Source: an uncultured Mycoplasmatota bacterium (GTDB taxonomy: Bacteria > Bacillota_I > Bacilli_A > RF39 > UBA660). Taken from it: a DNA stretch of 58,732 nucleotides. The stretch spans positions 1-58,732 of the forward strand of contig CANSRG010000003.1 in assembly GCA_947649355.1 (NCBI GenBank), read 5' to 3'. Below are positions 1 to 11,200 of the stretch, in pieces; within the stretch, counting starts at the first letter, position 1, and the number at the start of each line of letters is the position of its first letter. The notes beneath the pieces were generated by a model. It had not been told where the DNA came from. It worked only from the letters and a program-made list of their open reading frames with translations, and searched no databases. Position numbers and translations under genes: made by a program.

Positions 1-84
1 TTCAATAATTATCACTTTTTTGTATCTACACACACTATTTGACAATTATCCAAAATACTTTTTTAAAATGTATACGTCATAAAA

Positions 85-1104
85 TTATTTAAATATACTA
101 AATAATTTTCCACCTTTATCCCCATTATCAATATCTAATCTAGAAAAACCTAATTTAATAAGAAGTTCATCTAAAACTTTATGAGAATCTAATTTATCAT
201 CTAAATAAGGAACATTATAATATATTTTACTACGAGACTCATATTCAAAATCTGCTACATCAGAAGAATTAAGTACACTTCTATTTAAAATAATCTTTTT
301 TCCTTTTAATTTTTCAAATGCTTGTCGATCTTTACGAATAAGTTTATTAAGTTTAATCAATCCTGGTTCAATTAAATAGAGAACTTCAGAACATAAATTA
401 ACAGAACCATTATCATTTAAATCTACTAAAATAACATCTACATTATAATTCATTGTAATAAAAGATTGTAATTCCATATGATTCGTATGTTTTAATGTTT
501 TATCATTTAAAAATACAAAGTCATTATCATCTACTTCCACCGCGACAACTTGATATTTCTTTTCTAATTGTTTCTTAAGCAAATAAGTTAAAGTAGTACT
601 ACCAGCATGTTCAGTTACATTTTTGATACCAATAATACGTAAATCATGTGCTTCATTTTGAACAGGCATCGTTTTATGTGCTCCACTACTTGTGGGACTT
701 TCCTCTTCAACCATCATATTCATATTAAGTTGATGATATTGAGCTACATCTTTATAAGTATTAGGATTATCAATTAAAAATTTAATAGCATCTATATTTC
801 TTGTAAAATTATAAATTCCCATTGATACTAATTGAGATAAATATCTTGGACTATTCACAATCTCAGAATCATCTAAAAGTAAAATAACTTTACTCATATC
901 CATATTTACAGACAACTCTTGAATCTTTGTAATGTCTTGATAATCTTTAATCGCGGTAATATCTATAATCATTTTATGAAAGAAAAAAGTACTAAATTGT
1001 AAAATAATTTCTTCAGGAGTAAACTCTCCATCTACACTTTTAATAAAATCCACATCTAAATTAGCAAGTAAAGTTGCATATTTATTTACTATTTTAACAT
1101 TCAT
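85..1104 (-). CDS. TadZ/CpaE-like MinD/ParA-fold protein with degenerate Walker A
   Basis: Last gene of the Tad operon. N-terminal receiver-like region, then IIGIKNVTEHAGSTT (P-loop position lacking Lys), VVAVEVD and VILVDL strands typical of MinD/CpaE folds. Confidence 0.6.
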   Translation of the reverse strand: MNVKIVNKYATLLANLDVDFIKSVDGEFTPEEIILQFSTFFFHKMIIDITAIKDYQDITKIQELSVNMDMSKVILLLDDSEIVNSPRYLSQLVSMGIYNFTRNIDAIKFLIDNPNTYKDVAQYHQLNMNMMVEEESPTSSGAHKTMPVQNEAHDLRIIGIKNVTEHAGSTTLTYLLKKQLEKKYQVVAVEVDDNDFVFLNDKTLKHTNHMELQSFITMNYNVDVILVDLNDNGSVNLCSEVLYLIEPGLIKLNKLIRKDRQAFEKLKGKKIILNRSVLNSSDVADFEYESRSKIYYNVPYLDDKLDSHKVLDELLIKLGFSRLDIDNGDKGGKLFSIFK

Positions 1105-1115
1105 AATAATCCTCC

Positions 1116-1595
1116 TTAAGTGTATTCAATATCTTTTACTGGATAGTTAATATTGATTGTTGTCCCATCTGAAGAAAAGGTAAACAAATCTCCAATTACA
1201 GGTAAACTAAAATGGAAAAAAATACGTATATGATAACGAGAACGATCAGGTAGCCCCGTTATACTAGCACTTTCTCTTCGAACACAATAATAATATTTTT
1301 TATTTGACTCAGAAATTTCTAAATTAGCACTTTCCAAACTAGGTATCCCATATTCATTTTCTTCACAATGACCTAAAACTCCATATCCATTATAACGTAA
1401 ATAATTGTTAATAAGTTCTATAGAACCATCTTTCCCATTACTTAATCCTTCATGTTTTTCCACAATGGTAATCAGTTCATTTTTAATTTTAAAAGCTTTG
1501 GTAAAATTGATAGTTAAAGCAAGAAAAGCTACAAAAATTAACATAAAAATAATGACTAGCTGCATAACCCAAGTGCTTCCTATCGCCTGTCTCAT
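1116..1595 (-). CDS. Pilin-like/TadE-like minor pilin
   Basis: MRQAIG followed by one N-terminal hydrophobic helix. Paralogous to 1592-2122 and inside the Tad operon. Confidence 0.6.
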   Translation of the reverse strand: MRQAIGSTWVMQLVIIFMLIFVAFLALTINFTKAFKIKNELITIVEKHEGLSNGKDGSIELINNYLRYNGYGVLGHCEENEYGIPSLESANLEISESNKKYYYCVRRESASITGLPDRSRYHIRIFFHFSLPVIGDLFTFSSDGTTININYPVKDIEYT

Positions 1596-2122
1596 ATTAA
1601 GCCTCCATAAAGTGTTTTAGTATCTCCTACAACTTTAAAATTAAACCAATCATGAAAAACAGGTAAATCAAGTTGATAAAAAACTACAACACGATAATAT
1701 ATCATTTTAGGAAGTTCATTAAAACATATATCTCCAGAATTACATCCTTCTTTTTGAGTTTCCATTGGAGCAATACAAAAAGCAGGTTTTCTAGAACTTC
1801 CCTCATCTACAGGAGCTCCATCTTTAGAAAAACAAGAATAATGAACGGTTTCCTCACCGACTTTTTCGTCCTGTGGATACACCCCAGTATTACGATAAGA
1901 ACTATCTCGTATATATTCTACAATATCATACATTGCATCATAATTTTCTTCAGAATATCCATCCAAATTGATTCCATTATGAGCTTGAATAGACTGAATA
2001 ATTCTATCTTTTACACTAAATGCCTTAGAACGATTGATAGAAAGACACATAAAACCAGTAAAGAGTAAAATAAAAACAATAACAATTTGAAACAACCATG
2101 TTCCACCAATAGCTTCTCTCAC
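1592..2122 (-). CDS. Pilin-like/TadE-like minor pilin
   Basis: MREAIG plus hydrophobic helix. C-terminal YYRVVVFYQLDLPVF resembles the neighbour's RYHIRIFFHFSLPVI. Confidence 0.6.
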   Translation of the reverse strand: MREAIGGTWLFQIVIVFILLFTGFMCLSINRSKAFSVKDRIIQSIQAHNGINLDGYSEENYDAMYDIVEYIRDSSYRNTGVYPQDEKVGEETVHYSCFSKDGAPVDEGSSRKPAFCIAPMETQKEGCNSGDICFNELPKMIYYRVVVFYQLDLPVFHDWFNFKVVGDTKTLYGGLI

Positions 2123-2128
2123 AATAAA

Positions 2129-2368
2129 TTACCCCTTCCATGCACAAGTAAAAGTGTCTGATTTCTCTCCGTTTTCAATTACATAACAATTTACTGTAAG
2201 ACCATCAGAATTCGGTTCATTTGCACAGATTGCTTTACTACAAGCCGTATTTGCATTGATATTGTTACGAAGAGACGGCCAAATTACAGTATAGAAAAAA
2301 GCGACCAGCATAGCCACGATAATTACAACAATAACAGTAGCATTTAATTCACCAGTCGCCTCTTTCAT
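2129..2368 (-). CDS. Small Flp-like major pilin candidate
   Basis: 79 aa; MKEATGELN, hydrophobic helix, 4 Cys; GGAGG RBS. Paralog of 2386-2625. Confidence 0.65.
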   Translation of the reverse strand: MKEATGELNATVIVVIIVAMLVAFFYTVIWPSLRNNINANTACSKAICANEPNSDGLTVNCYVIENGEKSDTFTCAWKG

Positions 2369-2385
2369 AATTTAACCTCCAAATT

Positions 2386-2625
2386 CTATTTTGCTTGTTT
2401 TTCAAAATAACTAGAACAATCTAAATCATCATGTTCCTCGCCATCTTCATCTAAATAAGTACATACAGTATTATCTGCATTACATTTTGCCATAGCACAA
2501 TAAGTACTTCTTTCAATATTAGCTTGTATACCTGGCCAAACAAACGCATAGAAGAAACCTGCTACTGCTGCAATTGCTACAACAGTTACTACAGTCATAT
2601 TTAATTCACCTGTTGCCTCTTTCAT
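2386..2625 (-). CDS. Small Flp-like major pilin candidate
   Basis: 79 aa; MKEATGELN, hydrophobic helix, 4 Cys; AGGAGG RBS. Confidence 0.65.
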   Translation of the reverse strand: MKEATGELNMTVVTVVAIAAVAGFFYAFVWPGIQANIERSTYCAMAKCNADNTVCTYLDEDGEEHDDLDCSSYFEKQAK

Positions 2626-2687
2626 TTTATCGCTACCTCCTAACCTATAATGTTATTATAACTTTTTTTTCTAAAAATATCAATAAA

Positions 2688-3476
2688 TTACATATTCATC
2701 ATCTGTAAAACAGCGAAAACTAATAAAATCATAACCCCAAGTCCTGTTGTAATAAGCATCTGCATTGTTTTACCTTCCATCTTCTCAAGACGTTTTTTAT
2801 ATTTAATCTCACGTGCTTTTTGTTGAAGATTAGAAATTGTTTTTGAAAATGTCAATAATTGTTCTTGTTTATGTTCTTGCCTTCCTAAAGAAAGACGATA
2901 TAAAAGTCTCATCATTCGCATTGAATCTCGAACAGGATAAGTTTTGGCAAATCGCATATAAGGATTGATGGTATCATCACCTTCATTGATTTGATTGATC
3001 ATTTCTTGAAGTCCCTCTTTAAAAATAGGAGGAGCATCATCAATACTTTTACCAAGAGCTACTGGCACCGTATAGTGCTGAATTAAAATTTCGAGACCTT
3101 TTAAATAATGCGGTAACATTGCATCAATTTCACTTAAATGACTCTTATAATATTTTTTAATACTAGAATAGTCCATTCGAAAAACAAAATACCCAGCCAC
3201 AAAAGCAAAGACTACTGTAACATAAGACATATTAGAGATAAAAATAGTAATCATAAGAACAATCGTTATTAAACCTTTTTTTACTCTCTTATTAAATAGA
3301 AAATCTGGATTTACTGTATCACCATATTTGGCTTTGACATAAAAATCCCAATCACTTTCTTTTAATTTTCGAAAATATACTTCATTATCTGCCACAAAAC
3401 GATTCGCACTAATCTTTCCTGTATAATTAAGACCAAATAATAAGATAACAGCTAAAGCAAAAAGTTCCCAATACAT
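2688..3476 (-). CDS. TadC-like (T2SS F family) membrane platform protein
   Basis: TM pattern, IDAMLPHYL segment and C-terminal TM; follows TadA and TadB-like genes. Confidence 0.7.
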   Translation of the reverse strand: MYWELFALAVILLFGLNYTGKISANRFVADNEVYFRKLKESDWDFYVKAKYGDTVNPDFLFNKRVKKGLITIVLMITIFISNMSYVTVVFAFVAGYFVFRMDYSSIKKYYKSHLSEIDAMLPHYLKGLEILIQHYTVPVALGKSIDDAPPIFKEGLQEMINQINEGDDTINPYMRFAKTYPVRDSMRMMRLLYRLSLGRQEHKQEQLLTFSKTISNLQQKAREIKYKKRLEKMEGKTMQMLITTGLGVMILLVFAVLQMMNM

Positions 3477-4372
3477 TATTCCACCCCCACATCTTCATAA
3501 TAGAATTTTTCTCCTGTTATAAGGAAAAAACAGTTAATGATAATAATCGCATGTAAAATAATTTGTACATACCACATATCAATAAGTTCTAAATAAGAAT
3601 CTGTTCCAAGTAGAAATTGCATAGCCATTACTAAAAGAAATAATGCTAAACCAAATGTTATAAAACGTGTATGAAATTCTTTTCGATCAATTTGATCACG
3701 ATAAACACCCTCAACTAAACTATCGATATCCATTGACATATTTTCAAGTGCTTGTCCTGAATCTTTCGCACCTTCTTTAGTAATTTGTAAAAAAAGTTGA
3801 TTCATATTTTTTACCATATAAAATGGATATTTATGGTTAAAATAAAGAATAGATTCATCAATTGTTCCATTTTGATAAGACATATCAATCATCGTTTTTA
3901 CATCTCCTAAAACAGGATCTTCTAAAATACCAGAATCTCTTACACCCTCTAAAGACTTTACAAAGCTTTGTGTTGTATTAAATTCCATTATAACATTAGT
4001 TGTATAAATTTGAATTTGTTCAAAAATAAACTCACTATAAACTTTTTGACAACGAAGATAAGCAAGATAAGGAATAAATGCAACTGCAATCACAGCATAA
4101 ATAATCGCGATAATAAGATTGTAAAAATATAAATAAGAAATACCACCTGCTACTGCGGCAAAAATAACTATTTGTGTTAAATATTGACGAGTAGTATATT
4201 CTTGCCCAAGTTCTTTCGTTTTTTGACGTACTTCTTTAAAACTATAAGGAGCATACTTATCATAAACGGAAGAAACCTGTGTCACGAAAAATTTATAAAC
4301 ATTTTCTCCATTATTAAAGCGGTAAGTTAATGCAAATACTGCTAAAAATATAAGTAATAATAATTCAATCAT
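3476..4372 (-). CDS. TadB-like membrane platform protein
   Basis: TadB-type topology (N-terminal TMs, cytoplasmic domain, two C-terminal TMs); directly after the ATPase. Confidence 0.7.
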   Translation of the reverse strand: MIELLLLIFLAVFALTYRFNNGENVYKFFVTQVSSVYDKYAPYSFKEVRQKTKELGQEYTTRQYLTQIVIFAAVAGGISYLYFYNLIIAIIYAVIAVAFIPYLAYLRCQKVYSEFIFEQIQIYTTNVIMEFNTTQSFVKSLEGVRDSGILEDPVLGDVKTMIDMSYQNGTIDESILYFNHKYPFYMVKNMNQLFLQITKEGAKDSGQALENMSMDIDSLVEGVYRDQIDRKEFHTRFITFGLALFLLVMAMQFLLGTDSYLELIDMWYVQIILHAIIIINCFFLITGEKFYYEDVGVE

Positions 4373-4388
4373 GTACCACTCACCCTCT

Positions 4389-5504
4389 TTACAAAGTTTC
4401 TATTTCTTGTGTTGTAGTATTCATTGCTGGTAAAACTGGTTTTGTTGCTCCAGAAAAAATATCTTCTGGAAGAGTAACTCCACCAATTCCTAAATAATCT
4501 CTTAAATGTGCAGTTGGATTATTCATTGTAATTTCGCCGGTTAAAGTCTTTTTATAAATAATATTTGTTTGAGGCTTATTATCATCATCTACATAAAACT
4601 CACAAACCTCTAAAATTTCACGTTGAAATCTTCCAAGTTCTTTACTCATATAACCTTTTACATAAATACCAATTTGAACATAACGATGAATAGTTGTCAC
4701 AAATTGTTCAACATCAATATTACTTTCAATAAGAGCAAACATACGCATAGGAATTAAACTAGCTTTGTCAGAGTGAATTGTAGACAAAATATGGTGCCCA
4801 GAAGATATGGAGTTACGAACTGCCATAACCGCTTCAGCAGAACGAACCTCAGATAACAATATCCAAATAGGATTCTGTCTCATACAAGCAACTAAAACAT
4901 CAGAATAACTAGCAATATTATTCGTTTTTAAAGCAACAATATCACGATGAGGAAAAATACGGTCTAAATGAAGTTCCAAAGTATCCTCTATCGTTATAAT
5001 TTTTTCATTTTCTTTAATATGACTTGCCAAATACTTTACTAACTCTGTTTTACCAGAACCAGTTTCTCCACTAACAATAATATTAGCCCTACCTTCAATA
5101 CACTTCATTAAAAGTTCATGAATTGCCTCAGTAACATATTTTTCATCTAATAATTTTTCACGATTTAAACGAATTTTTGCAGGAGTTTTACGTATAACAC
5201 AAGCAATTCCATTTGTAGCAATCGATTCATGAATAAAGTTCATACGTAACTCCGTACTTTCAGCATCTAACATAGGATGAGCCATATTAAACGTTTTTCC
5301 CATAACATTTGCACATTGAAAAGCAAGTTTTTCCATTAAAGCGTTATTGATATCTGGTCTATCTACTTGATATACACCTTTATCTAACGTCTTTAACCAA
5401 ACTTGCCCCCCATTGGTATAAGATATATCGGTTACATTATCTTCATGTAAAAATTCTTCTAATGGACCAAAGTCCAATTGCGAAAACACCGCATCATCAT
5501 GCAT
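4389..5504 (-). CDS. tadA: TadA/CpaF (VirB11-like) assembly ATPase
   Basis: GPLEEFLHEDNVTDI N-terminus, Walker A GETGSGKT, Asp box TIEDTLEL, Walker B LLSEVR, His box STIH. Confidence 0.9.
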   Translation of the reverse strand: MHDDAVFSQLDFGPLEEFLHEDNVTDISYTNGGQVWLKTLDKGVYQVDRPDINNALMEKLAFQCANVMGKTFNMAHPMLDAESTELRMNFIHESIATNGIACVIRKTPAKIRLNREKLLDEKYVTEAIHELLMKCIEGRANIIVSGETGSGKTELVKYLASHIKENEKIITIEDTLELHLDRIFPHRDIVALKTNNIASYSDVLVACMRQNPIWILLSEVRSAEAVMAVRNSISSGHHILSTIHSDKASLIPMRMFALIESNIDVEQFVTTIHRYVQIGIYVKGYMSKELGRFQREILEVCEFYVDDDNKPQTNIIYKKTLTGEITMNNPTAHLRDYLGIGGVTLPEDIFSGATKPVLPAMNTTTQEIETL

Positions 5505-5521
5505 AGTATCACCCTTTCAAA

Positions 5522-6343
5522 TTATTCTGATAAATCAAAGTCGTCATCATCAAAAGAACCACTTGGAATATCTTCATCAGGAATCGTTGCATATTTTGAT
5601 AAAACAAATTCCCGAACATAACTACTTGCAACTTCTGTTTCTCCAGGCTCAGCAGTATAACTTCCATCACGACGAATAGGAATAAGTTCTCCTATATTAT
5701 TAGCTTTCACAAGTAAAGAATATAAATTATCAGGAACAGAAAATAATAATTCTGCTGGTTTTTCACTTTTAATATTTGCAAGAGAGACTCCTCTAGAATC
5801 ACGAACATCTAAAACTCTTATACTTTTAACAAAATTCGTGTAAATAATTTTTCCATAGTCGTCTTCCCCTTCAAAATAAAGGTCAATATAACTTCCAATT
5901 GCAATATTATTTCCATAAGTCGCCAAAGGATTAACAGATAAAGAAAATGCAGTATGTCCATCTTCAATATCTTTTAAAACATAATCAGGACCTAATTTAG
6001 GATCTCCAATATCTTCTTTATAAAACAAACTTCCTGCTTGAATATTATTTCCATATGTAACTTCTTTTCCTATTAAATCACTAGCATTTTTTACTAAATT
6101 AGTAGATTTTTTTATAACAGTATGATTCACTTCCATATACCCAATATCCTCTGGTTGAATAATATGTCTTGCTTCCATAGAAACTTTAGCATATGGAATA
6201 GTTTCAGGATCAATCGCACTTTTTACCCGCCAATTATAACCGATATATAAAATAACTAATCCTGCAACTACACATAAAATAGTAACTGTATTTTTATTAC
6301 CAATAAAACGCTTTAATTTTGTACCAAAACTACCCATTTTCAT
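5522..6343 (-). CDS. CpaB/RcpC-like SAF domain protein (copy 2)
   Basis: N-terminal TM, SAF-like segment, GSYIDLY and VRVLDV motifs of RcpC/CpaB. Confidence 0.75.
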   Translation of the reverse strand: MKMGSFGTKLKRFIGNKNTVTILCVVAGLVILYIGYNWRVKSAIDPETIPYAKVSMEARHIIQPEDIGYMEVNHTVIKKSTNLVKNASDLIGKEVTYGNNIQAGSLFYKEDIGDPKLGPDYVLKDIEDGHTAFSLSVNPLATYGNNIAIGSYIDLYFEGEDDYGKIIYTNFVKSIRVLDVRDSRGVSLANIKSEKPAELLFSVPDNLYSLLVKANNIGELIPIRRDGSYTAEPGETEVASSYVREFVLSKYATIPDEDIPSGSFDDDDFDLSE

Positions 6344-6348
6344 TCCTC

Positions 6349-7149
6349 CTACTCTGTTAAATCTTCATTTGTTCCTGTATCAGTTACTGCAGAACGAGAA
6401 CGAATAAAACTTTCTAAATATTGACTAGCAATTTCTGTTTTTCCAGGATTTTTTGAATATGTATCATTTCTAGGAACAGGAATAAGTTTACCCACAGTCA
6501 TAGCCTTATAAATAAGTTCATGTAAATCATCAGGAACAGCAAATAATAACTCTGCTGGTTCTCTACTCTCGGCACCAGTTTCAAAAACGGATTTTCCATT
6601 AGAATCAGTAACATCTAAAACTTTAATACTACGAATAAACTTCGCATAAATATTTTGCCGATTATCATCGACACCTTCAAACCATAAATCAATATAATTT
6701 CCAGGATAAATAGCATTTCCAAAAGTACTATGGATATTTACTTTTAAATAAACACCAGCATTTCCTTTTCCCATATTATCAAATACACTAGTAGTAGTAG
6801 AATCAGCATCTACTAAATCATCGTTAAAAAAGAAACTATTTGCCTGAATGGTCTCACCATACGCAACTTTCTTACCTATAATAGAACCACGTGATTTTAA
6901 AATATTTTTAGATTTCTCTAACACCGTTCCAGACACTTCCATAACACTAATATCATCAGCAGTAATCACATGTCCAGAAGGTAATACTTTATTCGCATAT
7001 GGAATAGTTGTAGGTTTTGTTGCACTTGAAACCCGCCAATTATAAGCAACATACAAAACAAGAATCCCTAACAATACACAAAGTATAGTAACAGTATTCT
7101 TATTTTGAATAAATCTTTTGAACTTTGTAAGAATATTCCCCATTTTCAT
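6349..7149 (-). CDS. CpaB/RcpC-like SAF domain protein (copy 1)
   Basis: N-terminal TM, LPSGHVITADDI SAF motif, IYPGNYIDL and IKVLDV. Paralog of 5522-6343. Confidence 0.75.
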   Translation of the reverse strand: MKMGNILTKFKRFIQNKNTVTILCVLLGILVLYVAYNWRVSSATKPTTIPYANKVLPSGHVITADDISVMEVSGTVLEKSKNILKSRGSIIGKKVAYGETIQANSFFFNDDLVDADSTTTSVFDNMGKGNAGVYLKVNIHSTFGNAIYPGNYIDLWFEGVDDNRQNIYAKFIRSIKVLDVTDSNGKSVFETGAESREPAELLFAVPDDLHELIYKAMTVGKLIPVPRNDTYSKNPGKTEIASQYLESFIRSRSAVTDTGTNEDLTE

Positions 7150-7157
7150 TCCTCCAT

Positions 7158-8288
7158 TTAATATCTTTCATGAACTTCAAAGCGAGATTTACATACCCCA
7201 TTATTACTTAAACAATTATTTTTATAATAGTTTAAAGCAACTTCTTCAATTTGAGCTTTTTCAAATTGAGTCAAATTACCACTATCAGTACCATATTGAG
7301 CTTTTATAGAACCAATTTCATCTTCCATATAACTAAGGAATTCTTCGTAAGGTTTTATAGTATAAATATACCACATCTCATTATCTCCATATCGTCTTGT
7401 TTCATTATAAAAATAATCTACATTACGATAATCTCTAGAAAGAGCTTCTCTTATAATATCATCCATCATTTTATCAGAAGGAACAATTCCTCCATCAGCA
7501 TCAAAATAACCACGATAACCACTACCACCTACTGGAGCACGATTATCATCATCACTAAAATCTACAGAAGAAAAGTCATTTGATAATGTAGGATAAAAAG
7601 AGTTAATCGCCGATTCAAAATCAGCAAGCTCTAAACTATTTAAAGAAGAACCCTTTTTATCAGTAACTTTGTTTAATGCAATTTGACTAAACTCTGTTTT
7701 ATTTTTTTTAGTTCCAGTTCCATTTTCATTCATATTATAAAAAGCTTCTGGATCACTATTAACAATATTTTTAATCATAGAAGAAGAAACATTAAATGTT
7801 CCATCTTCATTCCAATCACTACTTGAACCTGTATTAGAGGTAAAACTTCCATCAATCGTTCCTGGTTGAGGTCCACCTCCAACACTAGTTCCATCAACTT
7901 CTAAAATCGCATCTACTTTATTGATAATATCAAAAGAATCTGAACTAGCTCCAATATTATAAGAAGAACTTTTGGTAGTTACTTTAATACTTACTTTTGG
8001 AGGAGCTTCATAAATTCCATAAAAACCAATAGTATAAGTACTTAAAGCAACATTTTCAGAAAATCTTCTCAAAAAACTTTCTACAAATTTATCTGCATTG
8101 ATTCTCAGCTCTCCACTACTACGATAATACCCTAAGTCAACAGCATCCACCATAGATTGTTCAGCCACTTCTTTAATTAAATAATAATCTTGTGTATTTG
8201 TAGTAGTAACATTAGAGATAAGCATCATAATAACTATGACGAATACCCCTAAAATAATAATCCAGTATCCCCAAAAAGATTCTCTCAT
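7158..8288 (-). CDS. Pilin-like (TadG/DUF5411-like) protein with C-terminal extension
   Basis: MRESFWG plus hydrophobic helix, a ~130-aa pseudopilin-like domain, a Gly/Ser linker and an acidic tail. Confidence 0.5.
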   Translation of the reverse strand: MRESFWGYWIIILGVFVIVIMMLISNVTTTNTQDYYLIKEVAEQSMVDAVDLGYYRSSGELRINADKFVESFLRRFSENVALSTYTIGFYGIYEAPPKVSIKVTTKSSSYNIGASSDSFDIINKVDAILEVDGTSVGGGPQPGTIDGSFTSNTGSSSDWNEDGTFNVSSSMIKNIVNSDPEAFYNMNENGTGTKKNKTEFSQIALNKVTDKKGSSLNSLELADFESAINSFYPTLSNDFSSVDFSDDDNRAPVGGSGYRGYFDADGGIVPSDKMMDDIIREALSRDYRNVDYFYNETRRYGDNEMWYIYTIKPYEEFLSYMEDEIGSIKAQYGTDSGNLTQFEKAQIEEVALNYYKNNCLSNNGVCKSRFEVHERY

Positions 8289-11200
8289 TAGCTACCACTC
8301 CTTATTCTCCAAGATGGTCCGATTCCATATCTAGAACATTCATTTTTATCATCACCTTGACAATATTTACTTTCAGGATATAACTCCCAAGCTGATGTAC
8401 TCTCGCCACCAACATTTGAATTATCACTAGTAATTCTTGTAATATCTGAGGCATGAAGCTTATTAGAGCCTTCTAAGACATCTAAGAATCCACTTTTGCA
8501 ACGAACCGTATGTTCTTTTCCATTAACATCTGTATATTTTTCACATCTTAATGCATTATTACTGCTAAGTGAACCAGCATAAGAATCAGGAATTTTACTA
8601 TTTGTATAAGAACCCGCGGCATTGTTATATTCACGAATTTTCTTTAAATCACTTGGTGATAAAGTAAATTCATATTGAGGGGTTTCATAAATAGATTCTC
8701 CAGCTTCTTCAATTTCAGATAAAGTATCCTTCGCTTTTTTATTTGCAACACGATTTGAATCATCACCAGTAAACCAGTTCCAGCCAATTCTTCTTTCTGT
8801 ATTCTTAAACAATTTATTTAAAGAAACAATTTTATAAGAATACATCGCACGGTCTCCATCAAATAAACATGTTTCACAAGTTAAATCACAATCTCCACAG
8901 AATTCGTCATCATCATTAAAATCACATTCGTCATCTTTACAAATAAAGTCACAATCATCACAGTTATTTAAATAATGACATACATATCCACCATCTACAG
9001 TAGAAGTAACATCCATACCAGAATTACATGTCTTATTACTATCCATTTTATTATATTCTGTTAAAACACTTGTTGTACTACCCATTAAACGCCCTAAATC
9101 ATTAACAGTTACAGTTTTTGAATTAGACTGTCCTATTTTTGAAAATTTAAATTTAAATGGAAATACCCCACTTTTTTGAACTAAAGTAATTGGTAAAGCA
9201 TCTTCTGGTAAATTAGTCCATAAACAATCATTACCACTACATTGATCCCATTTAAGTTTTATAGTCCCATACTGTGTATAAGTAGAAAATTGTTTATCTG
9301 GAATATATTTTGCAGAATACTTCTTACTTTTTCGAATCCATTTTGCAGTACTAATATTAACATCATAAGAACCACATTTACCTTCACTACATGTTACAAC
9401 TTTTTTGTTTTGATAAGTCCAATACTGAGAATTAGAAGTACCATTTTGACATTCTGTATATTGATTGTTTATAGAATCTCCACCACAATACCATTCTTTT
9501 CCACCTTCAATAGATTCTTCTTTAACTTCACCATCTATTTTAAATTTGCCATTTACTTGTTCTTTATAGTCTTCATTATAATAAAACTCAACATCTGGTC
9601 CAAAAACCATGTCATTATTCCAAGTAGAACTAGATACTGAAGAAGGATCTACACTCGTTAAATCTCCTGAATGATTTTGATTTGAAATAGCACCAGTACA
9701 ACTATTAAATTGAGAAATAATTGTATTTAAATGTTCAGTCGCATCTTTTAATTTTTTATAATATTCTTCTTTCAAAGTTTTATAACTTTTTGAACCAGAA
9801 TGATAATTATCTTTTGTTCTTGGATCATGTCCATCTCCATGACTACAAGAACCATCATTATAGGATTTACTAGCTGTACTAGATTGTCCATTTATATTAT
9901 ATTGAGTTGGACTCCATGTCAAAGAAACAGTTGTTACAGATGAAGTACAATTTCCATCTTCATCACGAGAACAACAAGAACTTCCAGTAGAATAATTTCC
10001 TGAAGAAAGAGCAGTTTTATAACTATTATACTCATTCCATGCATCTATAACAGCCTTTTGAGCAGCTTCATAATCTTTATTAAATTTTTCATGATCAATA
10101 GACCCTTGTGGGTTAGAAGCACCTCCAACATAACAATCTCTTTGTCCTACAATTTGAGTAGATAAAGTAAAATATCCACCACTTTGAGAATATTTTGCAG
10201 TTGGTAACTTAAATTGATAATCTTCTACACACCATACTCTACAATATGGATTACCTTGAAATTCATTTACAGCTTCAAAAGATTCTCCAATCGCATCATT
10301 TCCACCTAAAACACAAGAAGTTACAGGATTTACAGTTGGATTACAACTAGTAGAAACTTTATTTATATCACTAACACGTCCCTCATGAGTAGATTCTGTA
10401 TCAAAATTATTACAATCAGAAGGAACTGTTACAGTAGGAGTACAAAGTGGTTTTCCTAAACAATCAGACTCATATAATTCTTTCGTACATTTTTCTCCAT
10501 CTCCAGCTCCAGGAGAAGATTCTTTGCAATAATAATTTCCATCTCCACTTTCACTTGGAGTTTGACAAGAATGAGGTGTTTTTTCACATGTACCTGGACA
10601 ATTTCCATATTTATTTTTCTTATCTTCAGAATCTTTATCAGTAGCATACCAAGAATCACTAGCTATAAGATTTCCATTTTTATATTTTTCATATTTATAT
10701 TGCCCTGTTGAAGTATCACAAGAACAAGACTCATCATTAGAAGGTCCAGTTGGAATATGATGTCTTGAACCTCCGTCTGGATTAGCATTTGGACAAGCTC
10801 CAACTTCTCCAGGAAGAGCAATCAAAAATCTTTGATTATTTGCTTTTGTATTCACAATATATAACATAGATGCTGCACTTCTTGGATCACAATAATAAGT
10901 GTCTACATAAGCTCCTAAATCTTGATGATCCCAATTAGTTCCATCAAAAGAAACACTAACAATTGCACTATTACCTGTTCCTTGACGTGAAGTAGTACTA
11001 ATAATTTTTACTGTTTGATTTAAAAGTGTTACATTAAATCTTCCATAATCTACACTAACAATGCCTTCATTAGAAGGTTTAATTTCAAATAAAAGTTCAT
11101 AATTATTTGTATTTGGAACTTGCTTAATTTCACTTTGAACCAAAGACCAAGAAGTTCCATTTATAGTACCATCAGAAAGCAAAGTCTCATATGGAGTATT

